Positions 13,199 to 27,305 are shown, numbered from the stretch's first letter. The stretch: 64,000 nt of DNA from Eledone cirrhosa (GCA_964016885.1 OZ024741.1:78182001-78246000), one strand, 5' to 3'. The notes: generated by a model from the sequence alone, not told the origin. Program-made: numbers and translations.

Positions 13199-16100
13199 AT
13201 CATCATCATCATCTTCGTTTAACGTCCATTTTCCACGCTAGTATGGGTTAGACGGGAGTTGTCCCAGTTGAGGCAAGGCTGGTCGGGTGACCGTGTCTCG
13301 CTCATATAGGACTATCTGGCAGGTTTTCTACGGCTGGATACCTTTCCTAACACCAACCACATTTACAGTGTGTAACTGGGAACTTTTTACCGTGTTACCT
13401 ACACGGTCACATTACAGCGTGGACTGTGTGTGTGTTTTGTCGTGACACCTACACGATCTCGATCTCTTTTTCTCGTGCTGTTGGTGGGAGTGGGAGGATA
13501 GGGTAGGGGTAGTGCATTGGGGTGTATATTTGGTTAAGAGGTGCCTACTGACTGTAGGTTTCGCTTTGTACATAGGCAAGGCGGGTTTTCTGTATTACTG
13601 CGTAGCGCCAAAGATCTCGGTCCAGAGACATTGTCTTAGAGAGATGTAAGTGTGTGAGGTCGGAATTTATCAGATCATCCCAGGTTTTTCTGGGTCTACC
13701 TACTCCGTAACTACCATCAATTTTGATCGCCCTGCACTTTTTTATGCAGCTGTTGTCTTTCATGCGCATCACGTGACCATACCAACATAGTCTTCTCTCA
13801 AGTAAACAGCATCTGATCCCTTATTCCTAATTTCTCACTTAGTTCATTTATGCTTTGCCGTTCACGTATATTACTATTACACATCCAACGGAGCATGCAT
13901 GCTTCGTTCCTTTCCAGTTTACGCAGGTCCTCTGCACGTAATGCCCAGGTCTCACTGCCATGTAGCATTGCTGTTCGTATACAGGAATCATACAACCTGC
14001 CTTTTATTTTTAGAGAGAAACCCTTAGTGGCCAACAGCGGTATAAGCTCTCTGAACTTTTTCCATCCCGTTCTGACTCTGGCTACTGTACTTTCAGAACA
14101 CTCTCCACCACTGCTGATTTCGTCACCCAGGTAACGGAAAGTGTCTACTATTTCTATAGAACCATCTGGGCAATAGAAGGAGCTAGTTTCCATTGGACAC
14201 TTGCTACCTATTGCACCAGAGCACCGGCCACATGTAAAATCTATGTTCTTAGTTAGCTTACCTGTGATCCCACTACATCTTTTATGCACCCATACTTTGC
14301 ATTTGGGACATAAAATGGAGTTTCTACCTACGCCTTTCCTACACACTGAGCATGGCCATTTCCCAGAAGGGACCGGCGCCTTATTTTCTTTCCTACAAAC
14401 TAGAACTTTAGTCTTAGCCAGGTTAATTTTAAGGCCTTTTGATTCTAGGCCGTGCTTCCATGTTTGGAATTTCTTCTCTAGCTCGGCCATTGATTCAGCT
14501 ATGAGCATTAGATCATCTGCGTATAGGAGTTCCCATGGGCAGCCGGTCTTGAACTCCACTGTTATAGCCTGAAGGGTGATAATAAATAGGAGGGGGCTAA
14601 GAACGGAGCCCTGATGAACACCAACTTTTACGCTAAACTCTTCACTATATTCGTTGTTAATTCTAACCTTGCTGACTGTTTCTTTATACATGGCTTGTAT
14701 AGCTCTCACAAGCCATTCATCAACACCTAGTTTTCTAAGAGCCCACCAGATAATGGAGCAGCGGACTCTGTCGAAGGCGTTCTCCAAGTCGACAAAAGCT
14801 AAGTATAGGGGTTTACTTTTAGCTAGGTACTTCTCCTGTAGTTGTCGTACAATGAAAAGAGCGTCTGTGGTACTTTTGCCTGACACAAACCCGAACTGCA
14901 TTTCATCTAGTTCAATTCTCTCTCTGATTAGTTGCGCTATTACTTTTTCCGTGACCTTCATGACCTGGTCGATTAATTTAATGCCTCTATAGTTACTCCT
15001 ATCTAGGGCATCTCCTTTACCCTTGTAACAGTTAATGATGATGCTGCTACGCCAGTCCTTCGGAACAACCCCATTCTGTATGACTTGGTTTACTATCCGG
15101 GTGACCATGGTGTGTCCCACCGTTCCAGAGGCTTTCAGCATCTCAGCAACTATTTCCAAAGGCCCAGCCGCCTTACCCGTCTTCATATTTTTGATTGCCT
15201 TACTTATTATACTACCTTCGACTAACACTACTGGTCCCTCTATTGGGTCGATGTGGGGGAGACTGTCTTTCTCCCATTTATTCTCCTCATTTAGTAGCCT
15301 TTCGTAGTGACACTTCCAAGCTACCTTCTTATCAGCGTCAGTGATGGCAAGTACGCCATCATCATTAAGTACACACTTCTCCCCGACAATGACACATTGC
15401 CTAGCAATCCTGAACACCTCACGTTTTTGGTCCTCGCGTTGTAGAACATGCTTGAACTTTCTTTCCTCTGCTTCCCTTCTTGCGAAGTACACTTGTCTCC
15501 TAGCTTCCCTCCTGGCCACTTGATAGTCTTCTCTACTTCCCCCATCCCGCCATGCTTTCCAAGCCTGCTTTTTGGCCTTGATTAACCCCTCCACCTTACT
15601 GTTCCACCACCATGTTACTCTCCTCCTGCCTACAGGCCTGCTCCAGCCACAGACTTCGTCTGCCGCCATCAGCAGGTTTGCTTTCAGGAATTCCCACTGT
15701 TCCTCTATATTGTACGACTCTAATTGCTCTTCCTTACTGTCGAGAGCATCAAGTAATATGCTTTTAAATTTATTTCTGGCTGTGGGATCCTTTAGCTTCC
15801 ATATTTTTCTCCTGAGGATAGTCCTCTTCTGCTGTCTAGTACGTCTCGTCCTGACTATGAGGTCGCTAATTATCAGTCTATGTTGGGAGGTGCATTCTTC
15901 ATGGGGGAGGGATTTAGTGTTTACAACAGACACTCTGTCACGTCTTCTGGTAAGGATATAATCTACCTGGCTGGTATGTTCCCCTGATCTGTAGGTGATC
16001 AAGTGATTGTCTCGTTTTTTTAAGTTAGTGTTACAGATGGGTTATTTGCATCACAGAATTCCAGGATTCTGGAGCCTTCCTCGTTTCTAGTACCAAACCC

Positions 16101-16825
16101 ATAGCCTCCATGGATTCCGTCATAGCCGTCACAATGTTGTCCAACGTGGCCATTTAGGTCGCCAGCAATAATTATATAGTCACTGTCGGTTATTTGGGAG
16201 GTAGTGAGCATCAGTGTCTCATAGAATCTGTCTTTTATAGTGCCAGGCAGTCCGGATTGGGGCGCGTATGCAGATATTACTTATAAGTCTTATTTTAATT
16301 ATTCTGTCATTCACTCTATTTACATCTATTATCTTATCCACCCATTTTTCTGCTAACATGATTCCTACCCCACTTATCCCATTGTCATTTCCCACCCAGA
16401 AAAGCTTATAGCAACGTTTTTTACCCACAATGAATCTAGCAGACCCGCCCCTCCACCTGGTCTCTTGGATACAGCAAACATCAACCTCCTTACGTTCAAG
16501 CATTTCTACAACCTCGTTAGAGCGGCCTTTTAAGATGCCTACATTCATGGTACCAACTCTGAAGTTTTGGATTGTGTTTGGAGGATGGGGTGCAGGGAGG
16601 GGGGATGGGGTTGGGGTTATGTTGGCCATCCGCGGCCGAAACAAAGAGGAGGGAGCCTTGCCCTTTCGTCCGGCAGCATGAGGTGAATTTGTCGTTATCT
16701 TTGGCATTGTCATCGAGTGTCCAGATTCTTCAGACTCTCCAGAAATTCCTTAGTCCATCCATCATATCGAAAAGCAGCCAGAAGTGATAGCATAGGCCGT
16801 TGCCTTGTGATTGGTTCAAATAGTC
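13199..16825 (-). mobile_element. RTE LINE, family B, near full length, frameshifted
   Basis: APE (GTMNVG, CIQETRW, AGDLNGH) in 16219-16713 and 16020-16211, RT in 13798-16002, C-terminus in 13545-13772. (ATC)n tail at 13199, tail-to-tail with the previous copy. Confidence 0.95.
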
Positions 16826-16861
16826 AAGGTGGAGATTGGGGGCGGGAGGGAGGGGTATGGG

Positions 16862-17330
16862 GTAGTTAGCAAAGAGAAGCTTATTTAGAACAAGCATGGG
16901 GATAGATTATTTAGAACAGTGAGACAGAATTATAGGATAGCAACGATTGTAGATATATGGATGAATGAACTGAAGGTTAAGGAGACAAGAAGAAAATGTT
17001 ATATTATACTTTACATTTTCGTAGAAGTCGACTGACCATTTAAAAAGAGTTGACAAATTCTGAGTTTTGTCCTCCGTAACATTCTTATTTATATTTGGTG
17101 CAAGTAGGGAGTGAGAAAGAGAGAGGGACGTATATGTTAGAGAGAGTGGGGGGTAATAGCGATTTTTGAGGAGCGAGGGGATCTATTTTTATGAATCCTG
17201 GAAAAACTTTTGGCCAAAATGTTAGCAAAGAGAAGCTTATTTAGAACAAGCGTGGGGATAGATTATTTAGAACAGTGAGACAGAATTATAGGATAGCAAC
17301 GATTGTAGATATATGGATGAATGAACCGAA
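16862..17330. repeat. Unclassified segment bounded by ~110 bp direct repeats (16864-16973, 17221-17330), homologous to 50260-50870
   Basis: gttagcaaagagaagcttatttagaacaagc... occurs twice. The internal gacaaattctgagttt...ccg.aaca motif is shared with 50550-50590. Confidence 0.6.
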
Positions 17331-17337
17331 ATATATG

Positions 17338-17372
<35 letters not shown>

Positions 17373-17669
17373 GTGTATATATGTATATATGTATATGTAT
17401 ATATATATATGTATATATATATATGTATATATATATAAGTATATATATGTATATATATGTATATATATATATATATGTATATATATGTATATATATATAT
17501 ATATGTATATGTATATATATGTATATATATATATATATGTATATGTATATATATGTATATATATATATATATATGTATATATATGTATATATATATATAT
17601 ATGTATATGTATATATATGTATATATATATATATATGTATATGTATATATATGTATATGTATATGTATA

Positions 17670-17706
<37 letters not shown>

Positions 17707-17878
17707 GTATATATATGTATATGTATATATATATATATGTATATGTATATATATGTATATGTATATGTATATATATGTATATGTATATATATGTATATAT
17801 ATATATATGTATATGTATATATATATATATGTATATATATGTATATGTATATATATATATATGTATATATATATATTT
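17331..17878. repeat. (TA)n/TATG compound microsatellite array
   Basis: Direct reading. Similar arrays at 18490-18628, 19240-19648, 24910-25253 and 26660-26960. Confidence 0.97.
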
Positions 17879-18489
17879 ATGTCAGGTCACCACTTGGTGC
17901 TACTGGTAACATGTATCCCAGTACAACCTGTCTCATGGTCGGGTCGTTGGCGACTAAACTGGCAACCCCACCAAGGTTTCTTGGTGAGGAGGGTGACTTT
18001 GGACATCCTGCAGGACTAAAAACAAAACCTGTCGAAGGGCAAAGGAGCTCTTAAGAGTCAATGGCCATCCAAAATCACTGGGAGAGATGACCCCTTAGCC
18101 TTTGTCAAGGCAGAATTCTAAGAGAAGGAAAACTCTGATATAACACCTGCAACCCTGATGGTATCCAATGATGTTGACTTGTTCTTCTTTTTGGTAAATA
18201 TCATCTTGGTTAAGAGAGTGGGACTGGCTTTGTGCAGTGCCTTTGCTCACTATAAAAGCTTCACGGCACAGGCATTGCTTTATATCTGGAGATCTCTCTG
18301 CACTTGTCGTCACATGGTACCATCGGCCCAGCACTATGTGTCAATAATTGTCACAAGTGTAGTCTTTGTACCAGAGTTTTCAAGTCGCTGGCTGGACTAA
18401 AAAGTCACACTCGTTCAGCGCATCGGTAGGGGTTCTCCTACATGGATATAAAGTAGTGGCCGTACTCGAAAACGAGTTGGCAGCCACCA
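17879..18489 (+). mobile_element. ~610 bp non-autonomous RTE-derived element (5'UTR-like half plus ORF 3' end with C2H2 finger), copy 1
   Basis: Near-identical copy at 18629-19239 and an inverted partial copy at 23968-24224. The 3' part encodes [24 protein letters not shown]. Both ends lie in TA arrays. Confidence 0.65.
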
Positions 18490-18535
18490 TATATATATAT
18501 ATGTATATATATATATATGTATATGTATATATATG

Positions 18536-18568
<33 letters not shown>

Positions 18569-18597
18569 GTATATATATATATATGTATATATATATG

Positions 18598-18628
<31 letters not shown>

Positions 18629-18630
<2 letters not shown>

Positions 18631-19239
18631 GTCAGGTCACCAGTTGGTGCTACTGGTAACATGTATCCCAGTACAACCTGTCCCATGGTCGGGTCGTTGG
18701 CGACTAAACTGGCAACCCCACCAAGGTTTCTTGGTGAGGAGGGTGACTTTGGACATCCTGCAGGACTAAAAACAAAACCTGTCAAAGGGCAAAGGAGCTC
18801 TTAAGAGTCAATGGCCATCCAAAATCACCGGGAGAGATGACCCCTTAGCCTTTGTCAAGGCAGAATTCTAGGAGAAGGAAAACTCTGATATAACACCTGC
18901 AACCCTGATGGTATCCAATGATGTTGACTTGTTCTTCTTTTTGGTAAATATCATCTTGGTTAAGAGAGTGGGACTGGCTTTGTGCAGTGCCTTTGCTCAC
19001 TATAAAAGCTTCACGGCACAGGCATTGCTTTATATCTGGAGATCTCTCTGCACTTGTCGTCACATGGTACCATGGGCCCAGCACTATGTGTCAGTAATTG
19101 TCACAAGTGTAGTGTTTGTACCAGAGTTTTCAAGTCGCTGGCTGGACTAAAAAGTCACACTCGTTCAGCGCATCGGTAGGGGTTCTCCTACATGGATATA
19201 AAGTAGTGGCCGTACTCGAAAACGAGTTGGCAGCCACCA
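18629..19239 (+). mobile_element. ~610 bp non-autonomous RTE-derived element, copy 2
   Basis: Differs from copy 1 at only a handful of positions. Period 750 bp including the TA spacer. Confidence 0.65.
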
Positions 19240-19273
19240 TATGTATATATATATATATATGTATATATATATG

Positions 19274-19326
<53 letters not shown>

Positions 19327-19330
19327 GTAT

Positions 19331-19474
<144 letters not shown>

Positions 19475-19483
19475 GTATATATG

Positions 19484-19532
<49 letters not shown>

Positions 19533-19646
19533 GTGTATATATATATATATATATATGTTTCTGTATGTATATATATATATGTATATATATGTGTGTATAT
19601 ATATATATATGTGTATATATGTATATATATATATGTGTATATATAT

Positions 19647-22218
19647 ATCAGCACAGCAACAAAACAGCATAGAAAAATATGAATACGTCGCATCTCAGAG
19701 TTGCAACACTTAATGTTGACACTCTCAGAGGTAGATCTGCTGAAATAGCGGAGATGCTGGAGAGAAGGCAGGTGGATGTGTGCTGCGTGCAAGAGGTGAG
19801 ATGGAGAGGTGCCTCTGCGAGACTAGTCGTAGGCAAGCGTCTTAGCTATAAGCTATTCTGGGTAGGTAAGGATGATGGGTTAGGGGGAGTAGGCATTTTC
19901 CTGGCTGAGAAATGGATCAATAAGACAATAGAGGTAGTTCGAGTTAGTAATCGAATAATTAAGCTTAGATTAGTTGTAGGTAGGAGACTACTGACAATCA
20001 TCTCGGTCTATGTTCCCCAAGCAGGCCTAGGCAAAGATGAGAAAGACTGCTTTTATGAGCAACTTTTGCAAACAACCACAATGACAGAGGACGGAGACAT
20101 CGTTATGCTAGCAGGAGACTTCAATGGTCATGTTGGACAGCTCCAGGATGGTTACACTGGGGTACACGGTGGGCACGGTTACGGTTCAAGAAATGAAGAA
20201 GGAGTGAGACTTCTTGAATTTTGTGATGCAAGTACATTGACTATTTGCAACACAAACTTCCAGAAACCTGCCAATCACCTAATAACCTACAAATCTGGTG
20301 AGCACATAAGCCAGATTGACTTCCTGCTAGTTAGGCAGCGGGACAGGCAGATAGTGTCTAATACCAAGGCATACCCTGGGGAAGAATGTACCCCACAACA
20401 TAGGTTAGTTGTTAGTGATATCTCAGTAAGCAAGAGATGGAATGAGACATATAGGAAGGTGTGGAGAAGAAAGGTCTGGAAGCTAAAAGACCTTTCACTA
20501 AAATTCAAATTTAGGAAAGCCCTTCAAGATGTATATGACGAAAAAGAAGACGATTTAGAGACGTATGACATAGATAATAACTGGAAGTTCTTACGTGACA
20601 ACTTGCTGCAGGCTACTGATGAAACCTGTGGCTGGAGCAGAGCTCCAACCAGACAGAGAGTGACCTGGTGGTGGAACAGCAGTGTAGATAAGGCTATTAG
20701 AGACAAAAGACTAGCATGGAAGGCTTGGAATAAGGGTGGGAGTAGGGAAGAATATACAGCCACTAAGAGAGAAGCTAGACGCCAGGTGTACTTAGCACGC
20801 AGGGAGGCAGAGAGTAGGAGGTTTGCCAATGTTCTGCGACGGGAAGATCAGAGGCGTGCGGTGTTCCACATTGCAAGGCAGTGTGTCAATGCAAATCAGG
20901 ATGTTGTTGGTGATAAATGTGTCCGGGATGATGCCGGTGTACTTAGTGTCACGAATGACCAGAAAAAGGAGGCCTGGAAATGTCATTATGAGAGACTGAT
21001 GAATGTGGAGTACGAATGGGAGAGAGAGAAATTACCCTTGGTAGATCCGACAGAGGGACCAGCTATTGAGATTGACGAATATAGGGTCCAAGAGGCGATT
21101 AGGGAAATGAAAAATGGTAAGGCGGCTGGACCATCGGGAATAGTTGCTGAGATGCTGAAAGCATCAGGGGACGTAGGCACTAAACTGGTTGCACGCATCA
21201 TCAATCAGGCTATATATGGTGGTGTCATACCCAAAGACTGGTGCAGCAGTATTCTCATAAATTGCTACAAAGGTAAAGGGGATGCTTTGGAGAGGAGCAA
21301 TTATAGGGGTTTAAAACTGATAGATCAGGTTATGAAAGTGGCAGAAAGGATGTTAGCACAACTAATTAGAGAAAGGGTCAAACTAGATGAGATGCAGTTT
21401 GGTTTTGTGCCTGGGAAGAGTACAACAGATGCCCTCTTCTTAGTGAGACAAATGCAAGAGAGGTTCTTAGAGAAGAATAAGCCACTATACTTAGCCTTTG
21501 TTGACCTAGAGAAGGCCTTTGATAGGGTACCCCGATCTGTCATCTGGTGGTCCCTAAGGAAGCTAGGTGTTGAGGAATGGCTTGTGAGGACAGTGCAAAC
21601 TTTGTACAGAGGTACTCTCAGTAAAGTCAGGGTAGGAATGGAGTTTAGTGAGGAATTCCAGATACAAGTAGGAGTACATCAGGGTTCGGTCCTCAGCCCG
21701 CTCTTGTTCATTATAGTCCTCCAAGCCATAACAGAGGAGTTTAAGACTGGCTGTCCATGGGAACTTCTCTATGCTGACGATCTGGCTCTTATAGCAGAAT
21801 CAGTAGAGGAGCTAGAGAATAAATTCCGGCTATGGAAACAGCAGTTGGAAGCAAGAGGACTGAGAGTAAATTTAGCTAAGACAAAAGTGTTGATGAGTAG
21901 AAAAGAGGACAAAACCCTGATTCCGTCAGGGAAATGGCCATGTTCGATATGCAGAAAAGGAACTGGCATAAATTCTATAAAATGCACACAATGCAGGTCC
22001 TGGGTACACAAGAGATGTAGCGGGATAGCAGGCAAACTAACAGGTAGGGAGAAATATGTATGCAGTAGATGTACAGGGAAATTAGACAGTAGAAGTCGCA
22101 CTGATAGACACATTTTTCAAATGCGAGAGGGCGCTATAGAAGTGGTGGATAGCTTCCGGTACCTAGGAGATCAGATTAGCATGGGAGGAGGGTGTTCCGA
22201 GGCCATAGTATCTAGAAT
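19647..22218 (+). mobile_element. RTE LINE, family C, open APE-RT-PHD ORF from 19679, 3' end lost in a microsatellite
   Basis: Uninterrupted ORF to ...SEAIVSRI, then TA array. Near-identical to the minus-strand copy at 58941-62250. Confidence 0.95.
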
Positions 22219-22397
22219 ATATATGTATATGTATATATGTATATATGTATATATATATGTATATATATATATATATGTATATATGTATATGTATATATAT
22301 ATATATGTATATATATTTGTATATGTATATATATGTATGTATATATATGTATATGTATATATATATGTATATGTATATGTATATGTATATATATATG

Positions 22398-22436
<39 letters not shown>

Positions 22437-22821
22437 GTATATATATATATGTATATATATATATGTATATATATATATGTATATATATATATGTATATAT
22501 ATATATATGTATATATATATATCTATATATATATGTATATATATATATGTATATGTATATATGTATATGTATATATGTATATATATATATGTGTATATGT
22601 ATATGTATATATGTATATATATATATGTGTATATGTATATGTATATATGTATATGTATATGTATATATATATGTATATATGTATATATATATGCATATAT
22701 ATATGTATATGTATATATATATGTATATATGTATATGTATATATATATGTATATATATATATGTATATCTATATATGTATATATATATATGTATATATGT
22801 ATATATATATATATGTATATC

Positions 22822-22854
<33 letters not shown>

Positions 22855-23061
22855 ATGTATATCTATATATGTATATATATATGTATATGTATATATATAT
22901 GTATATGTATATATATATGTATATATATATGTATATGTATATATATATATGTATATGTATATATATATGTATATATATATGTATATATGTATATGTATAT
23001 GTATATATATATGTATATGTATATGTATATGTATATATGTATATTGTATATGTATATATGT

Positions 23062-23094
<33 letters not shown>

Positions 23095-23286
23095 TATATG
23101 TATATGTATATATGTATATGTATATATGTATATATGTATATGTATATATGTATATGTATATATGTATATATATATGTATATATATATGTATATATATATG
23201 TATATATATGTATATATATATATGTATATATATATATGTATATATATATGTATATATATGTATATATATATATGTATATATATATG

Positions 23287-23317
<31 letters not shown>

Positions 23318-23720
23318 GTATATATATATATGTATATATATATATGTATATATATATATGTATATATATATGTATATATATATGTATATATATATGTATA
23401 TATATATGTATATATGTATATATATATGTATATATGTATATATATATATGTATATGTATATATATATGTATATATGTATATATATATGTATATGTATATA
23501 TATATGTATATATATATGTATATATATATGTATATATATATGTATATATGTATATATGTATATATATATGTATATATGTATATATATATGTATATGTATA
23601 TATATATGTATATATATATGTATATATGTATATATATATGTATATATATATGTATATATGTATATATATATGTATATATGTATATATGTATATATATATG
23701 TATATATGTATATATATATG

Positions 23721-23770
<50 letters not shown>

Positions 23771-23923
23771 TGTATATATATATATGTGTATATATATATA
23801 TGTGTATATATATGTGTATATATATATGTATATATATATGTATATATATATGTATATATATATGTATATTATATATATATATATGTATATATATATGTAT
23901 ATTATATATATATATATATGTAT

Positions 23924-23957
<34 letters not shown>

Positions 23958-23966
23958 GTATATATG
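22219..23966. repeat. 1.75 kb (TA)n/TATG array
   Basis: Direct reading. It accounts for the YIYM tail of the 1468 aa ORF. Confidence 0.97.
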
Positions 23967-23967
23967 A

Positions 23968-24224
23968 TAACCAAGATGATATTTACCAAAAAGAAGAACA
24001 AGTCAACATCATTGGATACCATCAGGGTTGCAGGTGTTATATCAGAGTTTTCCTTCTCCTAGAATTCTGCCGTAACAAAGGCTAAGGGGTCATCTCTCCC
24101 GGTGATTTTGGATGGCCATTGACTCTTAAGAGCTCCTTTGCCCTTTGACAGGTTTTGTTTTTAGTCCTGCAGGATGTCCAAAGTCACCCTCCTCTCCAAG
24201 AAACCTTGGTGGGGTTGCTAGTTT
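23968..24224 (-). mobile_element. Inverted partial copy of the 610 bp element
   Basis: Reverse complement of about 18704-18962. Confidence 0.85.
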
Positions 24225-24767
24225 AAATGAATTTACTCTAAATCAAAATTATGGGTGTCATGCCAGAAAGACATGCGCCATATCACCCGGAAAATAAGCT
24301 CCAAGATTCTAACGAGTAGGTCCGAGCATTTTATAATAACTAGAAATTGATTAACATATATATATAAACATGAATAATCACAGGAGATAATTTTTACAAG
24401 TGTGTAACCACACATAGATAGGTAGGTAACTAAATAAAGTTGACTAGAACTTCAAAAATAGATACCTTGTAATATGATTAATCTTCCCTGTATATATTTC
24501 ATTAAAGAAATATATTTCACCAATTAATCAGATGGTAAACCACGAAAGTGGAGATTTTGGATTTTCAACACAGAAGAAAATTTCCAGCCATCCGCGCTTA
24601 CACTTAAAGTTCAAATCTGCAACTGGCTATTACCACGTGTTGTATTTACTATAAATACACACATCACAGTAGCTTCGTCCCAGTGGCGTGAATAGGGTTA
24701 TCGACAACTAAAAACAGCAGTCGAGTCCTTTCAACAGAGTTAGCTCTACAATTAAGGAGCCGTATTT

Positions 24768-24915
24768 ATATATCTATATCCAAAATTAAGATAAATTAAA
24801 TGAATTTAATCTAAATCAAAATTATGGGTGTCATGCCAGAAAGACATGCGCCATATCAGCCGGAAATTTTAGATTAAATTCATTTAATTTATCTTAATTT
24901 TGGATATGGATATAT
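24768..24915. repeat. ~47 bp inverted repeat around a ~50 nt loop. The loop region is also directly repeated at 24226-24293
   Basis: atatccaaaattaagataaattaaatgaatttaatctaaa pairs with tttagattaaattcatttaatttatcttaattttggatat. Confidence 0.85.
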
Positions 24916-25120
24916 GTATATATATATGTATATATATATATGTGTATATATATATGTGTATATATATATATATGTGTATATATATATGTGTATATGTATA
25001 TATGTGTATATATATATGTGTATATATATATGTGTATATATATATGTGTATATATATATGTGTATATATATATATATGTATGTATATATATATATATGTA
25101 TATGTATATATGTATATATG

Positions 25121-25155
<35 letters not shown>

Positions 25156-25304
25156 ATATATATATATGTATATATATATGTATATATGTATATATATATA
25201 TGTATATATATATATGTATATATATATGTATATATGTATTTATATATATGTATGAAAGACGTAAATAAGAAAGTTATGAAAATTGACTTACTTACTAAAA
25301 TTTC

Positions 25305-25383
25305 ACTCCAACTAATTAGTTTCTGTAAGGGGATAAATACAGTTATGTAATACCTGTAGAGAAGCCTTACGTCATCAGGGAGT
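25305..25383 (-). ncRNA. Minimal type I hammerhead ribozyme
   Basis: Minus strand: actcc-CTGATGA-c-gtaagg(loop)ccttac-a-GAA-actaattagt-T-ggagt. 5 bp stem I, 6 bp stem II, palindromic stem III, GUU triplet. Confidence 0.75.
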
Positions 25384-25790
25384 CTATTCTCAGCTAAGTT
25401 ACCAGGCAATGCGGGGACACTGGAAACTTATATAACAATAATTCAGTGGATGGAAAAAAGCGAAAAAGGCGAGCGGGGCTAGATTCCAAGCCACTGAGAA
25501 ATTCACTGCCTTCTTGGTCAAGTGGCAAATTCAAAAGAATTAAATTCAAAAGAATTAATCAAGTGACACTGAGGTTAACCAGCTTGGAGTGGGGGTGCTA
25601 TTAAGACAGAGCCTAGCCACTACTATCAGTCACAGTAGTAATTTGGCAAATTTTGCTCAATAAATAATTTGGAGATGAATATATAATTGTTCTGCATTCC
25701 CCTGCATAGAACTACAAAGTTACTAAGACAAAACATATATATCTGCTGGCATAGGTATGCATCTGTATACATATTTCGGTAGATATATTA

Positions 25791-25823
<33 letters not shown>

Positions 25824-25825
<2 letters not shown>

Positions 25826-26167
25826 CATCATCATTCATTTCATTTTACATCCGCTTTTTCCCTGCTTGCAAGGGTGGGACGGGAACTGATTCTGGCTTGA
25901 TTTCTACAGCTGGATGCCCTTCCTAACACCAACCTCATTTACAGTGAGTGCTGGGTGCTTTTTTTGCCATGGCACCTCCACGACCACTTTACAGTGGAAT
26001 GATAGGGACCCCAGTCCCTATCATCTCATTTCTACAGCTGAGTAAACTGGAGCAATGTGAAATAAAGTGTCTTGCCCAAGGAAACAACACATCGCCCGGT
26101 CTGAGAATTGAACTCACAATCTTTCGATTGTAAGGCCAATGCTCTAACCACTAAGCCACGTGCCTCC
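25824..26167 (-). mobile_element. tRNA-derived CORE-type SINE with RTE-derived 3' half
   Basis: A box TGGCTTAGTGG and B box GAGTTCAATTC. CORE-like ccttgggcaagacacttta...ctgtagaaatgag. Tail shared with RTE family C. Sister copy at 56878-57225. Confidence 0.85.
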
Positions 26168-26200
26168 ATGTATATATGTATATATGTATATATATATGTA

Positions 26201-26660
26201 TGATAAACTCCGACCTCACACACTTACACCTCTCCAAGACAATGTCACTGGACCGAGACCTTTGGCGGTACTCAGTAACAGAGAAGACCCGCCTTGCCAG
26301 TAGGCATCTCTAACAAAATACACCCCGTCCCGCCACCACCCCCACCCCATCCACACCACCCCGTTCTATGTAAAGTTATGTTGGTGCCGCGCCATCCAGG
26401 CCGAAACAAATGAGATCGTGTAGGTGTCACGACAAAAAAACACACAGTCCACGCTGTAATGTGGCCGTGTAGGCAACACGGTAAAAACCTCCCAGACCCA
26501 CACTGTAAATGTGGTTGGTGTTAGGAAGGGCATCCAACTGTAGAAAACCTGCCAGACAGTCCTATGCGAGCAAGACAATCACTCTTGCCTCAAGTGGGAC
26601 TACCCCCGTCCAAACCCATGCAAGCGTGGAACACGGACGTTAAACGTTGATGATGATGAT
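26201..26660 (+). mobile_element. RTE family B 3' fragment
   Basis: Matches 12599-13192 but with a single 3'UTR module. (GAT)n tail runs into a TA array. Confidence 0.9.
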
Positions 26661-26675
26661 ATATATGTATATATG

Positions 26676-26706
<31 letters not shown>

Positions 26707-26712
26707 GTATAT

Positions 26713-26870
<158 letters not shown>

Positions 26871-26872
26871 GT

Positions 26873-26904
<32 letters not shown>

Positions 26905-27305
26905 GTATATATATGTATATATGTATATATGTATATGTATATGTATATATATGTATATATAAACAAGGTTTAGTAAATAATGAAAAAGTTCAAAATAAAT
27001 TTTAAAAAATTGACTTTACCTACTATAGTTACCTTTACCGATCGGTTTTGAATCCCAAAAATAAAACGGAGACCATACGGCCTTCGTTGCAAAGAAAGAT
27101 TCTCGTCAGAAGGTTCTTTTCATTCAAAGAATATAAAATTCCTGAATTTAAATCACAAACTAGCGCTATCAAAAACTGTTCCTGGGATGAGAGTGGATGA
27201 TGTAGAACAGGTTTATCAAGGGCCGTAGCAAAGATAGAGGCAATATGTATATGTATATATATGTATATGTATATATATATGTATATATATATATATATGT
27301 ATATA

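Noticed and set aside
19679-24085. 1468 aa ORF as an RT fused to a Tyr/Ile-rich domain
   Set aside because: The C-terminal ~600 aa is translation of a stop-free TA/TATG microsatellite, not a protein domain.
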